DNA of 64,000 nt from Felis catus (taxonomy: Eukaryota). A model generated the notes under the pieces. The model was not told where the DNA came from and made no database searches. It saw only the letters and a program-made list of their open reading frames with translations. The position numbers were made by a program, and so were the translations under genes. Positions within the stretch are counted from its first letter, which is position 1, and every line of letters begins with the position of its first letter. This document shows positions 11,751 through 24,400 of the stretch, one piece after another. The DNA lies in contig NC_058368.1 of NCBI RefSeq assembly GCF_018350175.1, positions 139,378,001-139,442,000 of the forward strand, written 5' to 3'.

Positions 11751-14700
11751 TGTGTTTTACCAGATCTATTCTCCCAGAATGATGAAAAGCACTCTTGAGG
11801 CTATCTTCAGAAAAATGGGGAAAATGCATCCTATTCTAAAGCCAGTTTTTGAGACAAAGAAGGACCCTAGGAGGTTACAGTGGATTAGGTATAAAGTTAG
11901 GAAAGGAAAGTCCTTGGAATTATTAAGGTTTGTTGTAGGAAGGATGGCCCTGGGGAGACTCTGGTTAGGGGCTTAATGATAGTAATCTCTGTTTGGTTGT
12001 TGACTCTGGTTGTCACAGAACTATCATCTTCTGTATTGTACTTCCATTTCTGCTTATACTGTCCCCAACTGGTCTGAGGCAGGGACACTGGGGGAAAAAG
12101 AAAAGGGTAACAGAGACTTAGTTATATTTGTTTTATAGAAATGTGTGCAGCCTCTTCCCAGATCATTTCAAAATCTGCTGCCTAACAATGAAGACGACAT
12201 TCTCTTCAGCTTTCTTGGGTTAAAGTTGATTCCACCAGATAAAGCACATTAGTTTACACTAACAAGCAAAGATTTATTTTAGTACTTGATTTTAGAAAAC
12301 TAACCAAATCATGCCTGCAGGAAGGAAAAAAGTACCATTTTTCCTTTTATATGACACTTAAAAATCTACCCAAAGTAAGTATAATATAGATTTAGAGAAT
12401 GGAATTGTGAGAAAAGGTGTCATTTAAAAAATTCTCCTAGAATCAACTATGCTTAAAAATGGAGTGCTATAAACAAACCAACAGAAAATAAGTGTTGGTG
12501 AGGATGTGGGGAAATTGGAACCCTTGTATGTTGCTTGTGGACATGTAAATGACTCAGTTGCTGTGGAAAACGGTTTGGCTGTTCCTCAAAAACTTCAACA
12601 TATGATTACCATATGATGCAGCAATTCCACTCCTAGGTATACATCCAAAAGAACTAAAACCAGGTTAAAATATATGTATAGACATGCTCACAGCAGCACT
12701 ACTTCCAAAAAAGGGAAACCGAATGTCCTTCAGGGCAAGATCCTTAAAAGCATTATGCTAAATGAAAGATGTCAGACACAAAAGGTTATATATTATATGA
12801 TTCCATTTATATGATACATTCAGAACAGGCAAATTCATACAGACAGAAAGTAGACCGAGGGGAGCAATTGTTGAATGGGTGTGGAGTTTCTTTTTGGGTA
12901 ATGAAAGTTGTTTTGGAACTACACAGAGGTGGTGGTTGCTCACCACTGTGAGTGTACTAAATGCCACTGAATTGTTCACTGTAGAATGGTTATTTGAATG
13001 TTACATGCATGAAAATACAAAACAAGGAGTGCTTTCTCAGTAGCTTTGGGCACTTTCCTCACAACTAAGAAATGGGTGTTGGTCTGCACGTACCTGGAAG
13101 ACAAGGTTGATGTTGCTGAGGCGCCATGTTTGGCTCTGAGGGTACGGGTATTTCCTCAGAAACATACTTTACAAGCTCTTTCCCCAGATATGTTACCTGT
13201 ACACAAGTAAGCACAGAATTCAAAAATTCTACATTTCAAAAGAAGCAAATACACGTCTCTCTTGCAAATTGTAACTTTGGTAAAGTATTGACTGTTGTCT
13301 ATCACAGAGTGGCAAACCATAGTCCATGGACAAATCTGGCCTGCCCCCTTTGTTTGTAAGTGAAGTTTTATTAGAACACAAAAATACCCATTCATTTACT
13401 TACAATCAATGGATGCTTTTATGCTACACCATCATTGAATATTGGTGACAAAGACCATACGCCCATGAAGCCTGAAATCTTTATTATTTGGCCCTTTAGA
13501 GAAGAAATTTGTTACCCCTGCTTTTTATCATTAATTCTCTTTCCATTCACTTAGTAAACAACCATTAAACCAGCATGGGCTACTTTATAGTGTTAAAGAA
13601 GTAGCGTTGTACTAATAAAATTAAACCACAAAAGTTAATAGTACTTTTCAAGAAATAAGACATTTAACTGTTCAAATTAATATCATTTCAGGACTATGCA
13701 TCCAATTTTTTTGGGTTTTTCTGGTTTGTTTGTGAACTTAGCTATTGTTTATCAGCCTTGAAGGTCAGATCTTAGAGATCCCTGCACACAAATGGGCTAG
13801 GCTGAGGCACACTGGCGAACATTTGCCACAGGGTCCTTGGGTTCTCCACTCTTTGTTCCAGGGCAGCCTAATAATACGCCTCAGAAGCTAGGCTCACTGT
13901 GGCTAAACCATCCAGTCTCAACTCGAACATCCCTTCCTCCAGGTTGCTTTCTTAGAACTTCTAGAAACTTAGGCAATAACCTTCCTCTAGACCCCCATAA
14001 TTTCTGCGCTTATTTTTCTGTCAAGGAACTTATCTCATTTAAATGAAATTATGTGTTAAGAGGTCTGCTTCCATTAACATAAACTCCTTGAAGACAAGGT
14101 CTGTGTCATATTCATTTTTATACTCTTAGCACTTCGCATACTGCCTGACAATCCTGGGGGGAAAACCTCTGCAGTCTGAGCTCTTAAGCAAGATTCTTAC
14201 ATTCTTTGAGCCTCTGTTTGTGCATTTGTAAAACGAGTACCTCCAAGCTTATCAGGCTGTTGTGAGGATTAGAATACATGAAAAGCATTTGGCATACTGT
14301 CGAGCATGTCCTGAGTGCTCAATAAAAGCTGTTATTTAACAGAATGAGGCAGACATAAGGAATCTGGAAGGTTTAGGCACCCTCTGGGCTCAATCCCATG
14401 ACCAAACAAACTTGGTAATGGAAATGGAACAGATCTGTCTGACCCACTGTGCTAACCCATCCCCACCTGCCACAGGAGAGATGAGGCCTCTGAATGCCAT
14501 CTGTCAGTTCTCCCAACAACTAACAATTAGAAACAACAGATTTTGTTCACGTTGTGCCTTGATAATATCCAAAATACCTTACAGGCCCATCAATATGCAG
14601 GCTCAGTATATTCTCACCTGTACTTCAGATTTAAAGCAGATTTTAATCAGTTAGTACTGGGTAATATAAAGTGGTAAAATTGTACCTTAGTAGCCTTAGA

Positions 14701-15370
14701 AGCCATGAGTCCGCATAGGTCTTAAACATAGCACTAGGGGTAATTCAGACATAGAACACAGCTTTCAGAAAATCCACGGAGTTAAAGATCTAGTTTCTTC
14801 AAGGTGGGGGTAATTTATTGAATGAGGATAATAATATATAGACCTCAAACTGAACAGGCACTAGTCACTCCTGGAAACTGTCCATTTCATAATAGTGTCT
14901 GCGCTCTAGTTGTCTAAAGCATAAGAGCCAACAGTCATCATATTTGCATATAACTCAAACTATGAATCCTAAACTAAATCTGGAATCCAAATCTAGCTCG
15001 TATGCCTGCTCTGATAGAGGCATGTAGGATGAGCTGTTGGTGAGGTTTTTAGGGTCTTGGACTACATAGCTGCCAGCAATCTTGACAACTTTACCACTCA
15101 AAACCCATTGTGATGAGGGGCAGCTGGTGGGATGCCACCTCCCCCCAGAGGAGAACAGTAATAAAGCCGGAGTTAGGGTAAGATGCATGCCGTGAGAGTT
15201 ATCTGCAGGTTGTGGTGGTCCTGCTTTTCTAAAATGTATAACTACAGGAGTGCTTCATCCGAAGGCCACTGATGCTTTCCTTGAGGCTTTTAGGTAGAAG
15301 GTCCATTATTCTTCAGAAATTAGTTCATTGTGATTTCCTAATATTATACTTGGGAAAGAAATGGTGTGCA

Positions 15371-15414
<44 letters not shown>

Positions 15415-18400
15415 AGATGCATGATTCAGTTAGCCACTATTCTGGAAATGTAGTTAATCAGCCAAGTGAAATTATTAATTAAGTTTATTTTGGTATGGTC
15501 TCTGAAGAAATAAAGTACAATCTCAATTGTCATTAACTGCAGTAACAAATGTTTCTCTATATCTTATGTTCTAACGCATCAAGAGAAAATATAAAACATA
15601 ACCTGCCTTTGAACATTAAAGAGGTGTCCAAGAATTTACTTCCCTGCTGGGGCTCTATTTTATTTGAAAGTATCAGTCCATTTTTCGTATGTCTTCAGGA
15701 AAACCATTTGTTGGTACTGACTAATGGGAATCTGTTCATGGATGATCAAATGACTGTTTTACTTCCATTTCAAGTTTTATGAAGCAAGTCTAAACAAATT
15801 TACACTATCCCAAAAGGAAGAAAGAGGAAAGGAAAATTGTTTTTGTTGGAGGATGGGAGAGGGGGCAGAAAAGAGCAAAGAAACAGAAAAAAACTGTAGG
15901 TTTTTCTTTTAGGTTCACTGTAACACCAAGACATATTTGGCTAAAAAATTAAAATAATTCTCAAATATTTGAGAAGGGAGGATAAAAGTATAATAACTGC
16001 CACAAAAGACAGATCCTGGGGAAATATGATGGAAGTGAGGTTCACTTTCACACCGCCCCCCTCTTCCCAATCCCCATCCTAGAGCCTTCTCCACTTCCTT
16101 CTCCACTTCCCCCAGGCAGTCTATGTAGCTCCAGGCAAGAGAAGGGCAGTAGGCCTTTCATATTATTTACAGTCTTCAGGATTCACACCTCTTGGATATT
16201 TGTATTTTGAAAGGGCCCACGTCTCCAGAGTAGAAGCAGGACTCACAGACGTTTAAGTTAATTAAGACACTTTGGGAATGATTAATTGACTCAATGAGGC
16301 TGGCTGGCTGTCCAGATCAACAATTCCCATCACTTTCTATACTCCTACCTCAACCTTTCCCTACCTTGATATTCCTAATCATGGTGGTGGGAGGAATTAT
16401 TTTAGAAAGTGTTAGGGTGAGGGGTAACCACAGAGAAAAGTTAATACTAGATCCAAAACAGTGAATTTATAAGGGTCGAAACTCAGAGAGTGAGTCATTT
16501 GGATGGAAAGTATGTTTGCCCAAGAGAGCGGTCACTGCTCCTTCAGTCACTGCCCAAAATGGCAGTGTATTCTTCATCTGCAAAGATCCAGTCCTGAGCA
16601 TTCACAAAATGAACGGTCACTGCCATTCTTACAATTTCCTACCCCAATTGTATCACAGAAAGGCATTTTTTTCTGCTAGAAGTGAGCAATTTTTTGCTGC
16701 ACAAGAATGAGGTTTTGCATAAATCCACAAAGACAGCTAGGTAACACTGTGTGCTCTTTTCAGTTCACGGCAACTGGTTTCCAATGAAAGGAATGTGGGC
16801 TCCCTTGTGTTGTAAATGTAGAAAATAATGTCCTTCTGTCCTTACTTGTTGTAAATGTGGAAAATAATATACAGGGAACCAAAAGACCAGATTCTAATCC
16901 TAGTTCTGGCACTTGCTGGCCTTGGGGGTAATCAACTCACTTAATCTCCTATAACTCTGGTTTTACATCCATAGATAGAGAAAATAGTTAATTTTCTTGC
17001 CTCATGGGGTTGTTGTGAAAGAATACATGTAAAAGCCTTTATAAATCACACATAATTATCCAAGTCCTAGAATTTCCACATTGGAAGGGTCTTTAGAGAC
17101 CATTTAGCACTACTACTCATTTCATACATAAGAAAAATGACGTTCAGAAAGGTTAAGTGACTTGATCCAGATCAGTGATTCTCACTCTAGGCTGCATATT
17201 ACAGTTACCTGGAAAGCTTTTTCAAATATTGCCACCTGGTCTTCAGTCAAGACTATTAGATCAGAAGGTATGGAGCTGGGGTCCTCCAGGCATTAGCAGT
17301 TTTTAAAAGCTCCTCAAGTGATTCCAATGTGTAGGCAGGATCGAAAAACATTCCCAGATCATGTAACTTATCACGAGTGGAACCGGGAACCAGCCTGGTC
17401 TCCTGTCTCCCTCCCAGAGATCACTCTGCCATATCAGGATGATACCTAATAGTCAGGAGACTGCAGGAGTGAGAGGGATCAGTGATGCCCAGTGGGAGTA
17501 AGCATCAGAATTCCCTGTATAGCAGCCCAGCTGCTTGGGTAGGAAGTATGAGTCATCTCTGTGTCTAGTGGCTGTTGTCATTCTGTCTGAGGCAGGATAA
17601 GACCTAGTTTTCTGGCATTTCTTGCCTGACAAGCAACCACTCCGGGACCTATAGCCACACCAGCATTCTCAGAATGAGTCAGGAGAAATGTTCACATTGA
17701 CCAATGTAGCCAAAACGCCCTGTCACTCAGAAGCAACTGTGAATTCAGGAGTTACTTCAAGATAAGAGGAGGCAAAGGTTTCTGTGTTAAGTTTTAAAAG
17801 AGGGTTTTAAACACTGCAAAAATTTTTACTGGGGTAGTGTTTCTCAGCTTGGGGTATTTATTAAAAGTACATGAGCACCCTGTGGTAATTTTTAAGACTA
17901 TTTTTGAATATTAAAAAAAATCTAAGCCTACTTAGATAATCTGTACAAATATCTTATACCCAATAATTCTTCTAATTTTAGCACCCACATTCGCCTTTGA
18001 CTTCACTATCACCTCGGTATTAAACCATATGACTAACTGACATGTCCAATGAGAAAAGACCATAGGCAATGTGATATATAAATGAGGCTTAAGTACAGAG
18101 TGAGGGCCAAATGATGTCACAGCCAGCTATTCAAAAGCAGAAAATGCAGTAGTTCCAATAAAGAAAAAGAGTGGGAGAACTGAGTCATCACTGGGCACAC
18201 TGTAGCAGAGGCATGTCGAGCTCAAAAAAACTAAACTACAGAAATCAGAACCATATTCAGGCTGTGAGCATAGACTATTTCAACAAAATGATAAAATCTA
18301 TCACAAGTTTGAGAAACTTTTTAATAAAAAGGGATTTCCAAGGGTAAAATGTTAATTACTAACATGCAAATATGACTTATGAATCCACAGAAAGGACTGG

Positions 18401-21400
18401 GAAGGGTAAATTGAAAGCAGGTGGCCTGGTGACTCCAGGGGTGGGAAATAAACAACTAGAAAAAACCTTTAAGAAAAAACCCATAAAGACTATAAAGTAG
18501 AAAAAAATCCAAGATGTATTGGTGTAAGTGAGGGAACTACAACACAATTTTGGAAGCACCTGACACAAAGGTCTAGAACACTGGAAAGCAATTTAGGGAT
18601 GCAGAAGGAGAGGAGAAACTAGGAGGGAGGGTGGGCAGAGCTAAGTGGGACAAAAAAGGAGAGAAGAAACTGGGCCTTTTATTACTAGTACACTGAGGCT
18701 TACTGTAATGGCTAGTGGAGGCTGAAGGCATCTGCAATTCTGTTTAACAGTAATGGTGGATGTCTGATGATTCACACTTTCCTGGGTGAATCATTCCAAG
18801 ACTCTTCCCTGAAGTGTGACAATGGATATCTGGAGGTGGCTGATCTTGGCCATCAAAGGTGTCAGTCATTAATTGTCTTCAACTGGTGGTTAAACTGGGC
18901 TTACAACTCAGAAGACAGAACTGAGGGGAAGATTACTAAGTCTGGGAAGTCAGAATGAAAACAAGTATTCCTTTTTGGGGGTTTAGCAATTGATGGATAA
19001 GACTGAGTTCAAACAAAAGTGCAGCATAACCTCTGTGGGTCTTAGGCTGCTTGCTCCTTCCTGTGGTCTTGGGGAAGATTTTCCTTCACTGCACCAGAAT
19101 ACTAACATATTAATTATCAATACATCAGAGGTCCCAAATTTTCTCTAGGGAGTCACAAAGACCTGAAATCACCTGGGGGAATCCTAGGGGGGAATCAGGG
19201 CATTTGAATTTCTGAGACTAGGTGAGGAACAAGGATGGAGAGGCTCAGTCAGCTGTCCAAGTCTGCCCCTGGGGAATTCTGTTAAACAAGAGTTGTAGGG
19301 GAAAGCACGTAGCATATTGTATTAAGGATATATGAGGACATAAACGAGCTTGGAGAAGTTCAGATTTCTTAAAAATAATAGTTTTATCATAAAAATGTAC
19401 ATTTCTATTTGAATATGAAGTTACAGATAAATTAAGAATGACCCACCTTACTCCAAGCATAATTCCAAGTCACGTAACTGTCGTCTCCTAGAAGATCCTT
19501 GAGCCAGGTGACTGGATTTTGATAAATCTGACCATTTTCTACCTTAATTTTACCACTCAATAAAACACTGGCTTTGTGAGTAGTCTCCTGAAGTGAAAAA
19601 TAAAAGAAAAATTAAGAAGGAAAAATACCTGAAATATGTGAACATCTGCTTTTGGCCAGGATGAAGTAAGAGGAAGCAGATTTGTCCTAACACGAACAAA
19701 AAATAGACAACATATATAAAGCAATAGTTTGTAAGATACCAAACAACATCAGGCAACAAAGGACAGTGATCCCTGAGAAGTGAGAAATTAATGAGGTGAG
19801 CCTCCCAAGTGTCCCAGCCATTGACTTGAGAGAATTTCCAAGTCATGGTGCAGGGAGAGGGGATCCAGGCAAAGCCTGTGGACTCCCTGAGGTGAAGAGG
19901 CAGAACAGAGTATAGGAAGGCAAAGTGCCCAGAGTCTGTAGGACAGAGTACTGAAGAAGAGAGAAATACAAAGAGAGAGAGCTCTGTAGATCTTCAGAGG
20001 GTCCTCTTTGAGTATTCAGCTGAGTAGTGATTAGAGGTAATGACACCTGGCATTCAGAAAGGGCAAAAATAGTGCCTGTTTCCAACAGAAAACCTCAAAA
20101 CTGGTGGGGCACTGGTAAGGTACACAGAAGAAACTTACTTAAGTAGTGAGAAATAATTAGCCCTAGACTGAAAACATGCTCCAATCCTGCCTACCACATC
20201 TTAACAGCAAGACTTAAAAGGATCAAATTGTTTCCAAGGAACTTACCTGTGTTTTGGAACAAATATATAAAATGTTTATAAGACTACAAAAATATCCAGC
20301 ATCCAACAAGGTAGATTTCACAATGTGTGGGATTCAATAACAAATTAACAGGCCTGCAAATAAGTAGGAAAACGCAACCCATACAGAAGAGACAAAGCAA
20401 TCAACTGAAAATGACCAAGACTGATAAGAATGTTATAATCAGCAGATAAAGACATTAAGTAGTTATTATAATCATATTCCACATGTTCAAAAAGTTATGT
20501 GGAGGCAGGGAAAATATTTTTTAAAAGACTCAACTCAAAGTTCTACAGATGCAATTACAATGTGTGAGATGAAGAGTACTAGATGGGAATAGCATGTCTA
20601 ATAATAGATTAGACATTGCAAACAAAAAGATTGGAAAATTCAAAGATAAAGCAATAGGAACTGCATAAAAATGAAACACCGAGAAAAGAGAACTTAAAAA
20701 ATGAACAGATAATCAGTGAATTGTGGAATGATTTCAACCAATCTGTGTGTAATAAGAGGTTAAAAAAGGCGGGGAGGGAAGAAAAAACACTTGAAGAAAT
20801 AAATTGGCTGAAATTCTTCCACATCTGAGATTCAAATTTGGAACCCAGAGACTCAAGAAATCCAATAAACCCTAAGTATAAGAAACATGAAAAAAAATTA
20901 TGCTAATGCATCTCATAATCAAAATTGTTTAAATCCAGAGATGAAGAGAAAGTCACTAAAAGCAGCCAGAAGGAGCAAAAAGACACATTATGTACAGAGG
21001 GACAAAGTTAAGGACAACAGTGTATTACTCGTTGAAAACAATGCAATCAAGAACACAGTCAAGCAACATCTTTAAAGTACTCAAAGAAAAAAACCATTAC
21101 AACCTAGAAATCTGTATCTAGCAAAAATATCTTTCAAAAATGAAGGTAAAATAAACTTTTTCACACATGCAAAAATCAAAAGGATTCATTATCAGTAGAA
21201 GACCTTCAATACAAGAAATGTTAAAGGTAGTCCTCCAAGAGAAGAAAATGATAGCAAATGGAAATCAGGATCTACACAAAGAAAAGAAAAACAGTAACAG
21301 TAATTACATAAGAAAGATATTTTTCTTTTTATTTAAATCTCAGGATAATTAGCTGCTTAAACAAAAATAATGATGCAGTATGGAATTTATAACATTGGGT

Positions 21401-24400
21401 AAAATATATAACACAAAGGTCAGGAGTAGAAAAATGGAAGCATGCTACTTTGCAGTTCTTATAGTATACATAAAGTGGTACAATATCACTTAAAGGCAGA
21501 CTGGGGGAAGTTAAAAATATGTACTATAAACTCTAAAGCCACAACTGAGTAAAAAGAGTTGTAGCTAATAAACTAACAAAAGAGATAGAACACAAAAAAA
21601 AAAAAATGAAAAAGGGAACAAAGAAGAGATGAGAGAAATAGAAAACAGATGTCATGTGATAAATTTAAACCTAACTATATCAGAAGTCTCACCAAATATA
21701 AATATTCTAGAATCAACTTCTGGCATGACAATGTGAGGATCCACTCCCAGGTGAAAAAGCATTTAAAAATCGTTTAAATCTCTGAAAATGGTCATAAAGG
21801 CATGCAGCAAATAGACATCTATTCAGCTAAATCTATGACAATTAGGTTAAAAAAAAAAAAAAAAGGGAGTCTGTGGTATGTGAACCAAGATTGCTTCCTT
21901 CTTCCCTTCCCAGTTCAGTGAGGTGCAGATTCTACTCCAGAATGTGTAGCCACAAACACAGGGCTCCCTCTCCCTACAGCCCCTAGTCAGAGGGCCACCT
22001 TCTTGTCAAGGGCAGGATATCAACATTTCTCATCCTGCCCTCAGCTATTTGTTGCTAAGGTTAAGTTGAAGGTAAGTGCAGCCAAGAGGCTGGATGCCTG
22101 GGTGGCTCAGTCAGTTCAGCATCTGACTTTGGCTCAGGTTATGATCTCATGGTTTGTAAGTTCAAGCCCGCATCGGGGTCTGTGCTGACATCTCAGAGCC
22201 TGGAGCCTGCTTCCAATTCTGTGTCTCACTCTCTCTCTGCCTCTTCCCCACTTGCACTCTATCTCTCTTTCTCAAAAATAAACATTAAAAACATTTTTAA
22301 AGAAAAACAAAAATAAAAGAGGCAGGGGATCCCTTCTGCATAGCCTGCACTGGCGAGGTAGGGGCTCCACCTTTGGCATGGTGTCACTATGACTACTGGG
22401 ACCCTGATCACCCTTGCCTGGCTTAAAAGGTGGTGGTTTCACATCAGGAGAGAGAAGCTGTAAAGGCATGAAGCTACTGTGCCTGCCTCAGCTAAATGCT
22501 CAACTACTAAAGCCGGGGTGCCGTTCAAAGAAAAGCTGCTGTGTTCTCACCCAGCTCCCGAGCTAAGGTACAGAGATTTTGCCTGGGAAAAGAAGGAAGC
22601 CTTAAAACAGATGGTTCCTAATCTCCTCCAAAGGAAATGACTTCATTTGCAACAGAACATAGAAGTTCAAGCTCAAAGGCACTTTAAAGGCAGTACAGGT
22701 TGTGGTAAAAGGCAATTGAAAGTAAATTGGTGGATTCATTGGAGATACAGGCTAAGCTGTATGCTGGCTAGTTTTCAGGAGAAAATTGGGAAAATAGATA
22801 GTAGGGCAGAGACTTCTTAAAGTCAGAATAAAACTCCAACACTGACCTCAAAAACTATCCCTTCAAAGGAGCACACATTTGATTGGATTAGTCTGTAGCA
22901 ATTTATGCTTCAGGTCATTGTTGAAAACAATAGAACAATGAACCAGCAATAAGTGGAGCTTGATGGTTAGGTATGGTCAGGGAAAGAGACACAGAGAGAC
23001 CTGCCAAGGCCTAAGTCCATGTGATATAATATCAAAAGTTTAACACTATAGTAGGTAAAAATAACCTCACTAAAACAATCTATCCAGTAACTAAATAAGC
23101 AGGCACATAACAATAACAAGCCTAAGAGAAGGTGGAAGCCAGTACGCAAATTTGCTATAATCCATGACCCATTTAAAAATATCTAAAATGTCCAGTTCCA
23201 ACAAAAAATGATGACAGATGTGGGAAAACAGGAAAGTAAGACACATACACCAAAATAAAGCAACAGAAAACATCTGTGAGAGTGACCATACGTTGGATTT
23301 AACGAAGACTTCAAAACAGCTATTATAAAAATATTGAAAGAACTAAAGGAAACCATAATTAAACAAGTAAAGGAAGGAATGATGACAATGTCATATCAAA
23401 TAGAAAATATCAATAAAGAGACAGAATTTAAAAAAGAGAACCAAGTAGTAGGTATGGAATTGAAAAGTACAATAACTAAAATGAAAACTTTACTAGAGGG
23501 ACTTCTAGTACTAGAAGGACAAAAGAAAGGAATAGAAAATATACTGGAAAAAATAATGGCTAAAAACTTGCCAAATTTATTGAAAAACATTAATCTGTAC
23601 TTTTCGAAGGAGGCTCAGTGACTTCTAAGTAGGATAAACATGAAAAAGTTCATAAACAGAAACATGCTGAAAGTCAAAGACAATGAGAAAATAATGTACA
23701 AAAGAGAAAAATGACTCATTACTTACAAGGGGACCCCAAGAAGATTAACAGCCAGCTTCTTACCAGAAACAAGGGAGGCCAGAAGCAGTGGAATAATATA
23801 TTCAAAGTGTACAAAGAAAAAAAGTGTCAACCAAGCATTCTATATCCAGCAAAGCTATCTTTCAAAAATGAAGTTAAATAAAAACATTCCAGAGGAAGAT
23901 GGCTGTGTAGGAGGACGCTGGGCTCACCGCCTCCTGCTGATCACTTAGATTCCACCTACATCTGCCTAAATAACCCAGAAAACTGCCAGAAGACTAGCAG
24001 AATGGATTCTCCGGAGCCAAGCATAGATGAGAGGTCCACGGAAGAGGGTAGGAAGGGCGGAGAGGCGGTGTGCACGACACGGACTGGTGGGAGGGAGCCG
24101 GGGCGGAGGGGCAGCCCGCTGGCAAAGGAGAGCCCAAGTCTGGCTTGCAAAAGCGGAGGGGCCAGACGGAGTGTGTTCTGACAGCAAGCGGGACTTAACA
24201 TCTGGAAGGTTATAAGCTAACAGCTCTGCTCGGAGAACGGGAGGGCTGGAGGACAACAGGAGGGAGAGTTGTTGAGCTCCGGACAACAGAGGGCAGCCTG
24301 GAGGGGAACAAAGGCACTAGCCAGTGCCATCTCCCTCGCCCATCCCCCAGCCAAAATCCCAAAGGGAACCCGTTCCTGCCAGGGAACTTGCTTGCACTGT

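Noticed and set aside
16808..16868. 22-nt direct repeat TGTTGTAAATGT(A/G)GAAAATAAT separated by 17 nt
   Set aside because: Only two copies and no element between them; most likely a small local duplication.
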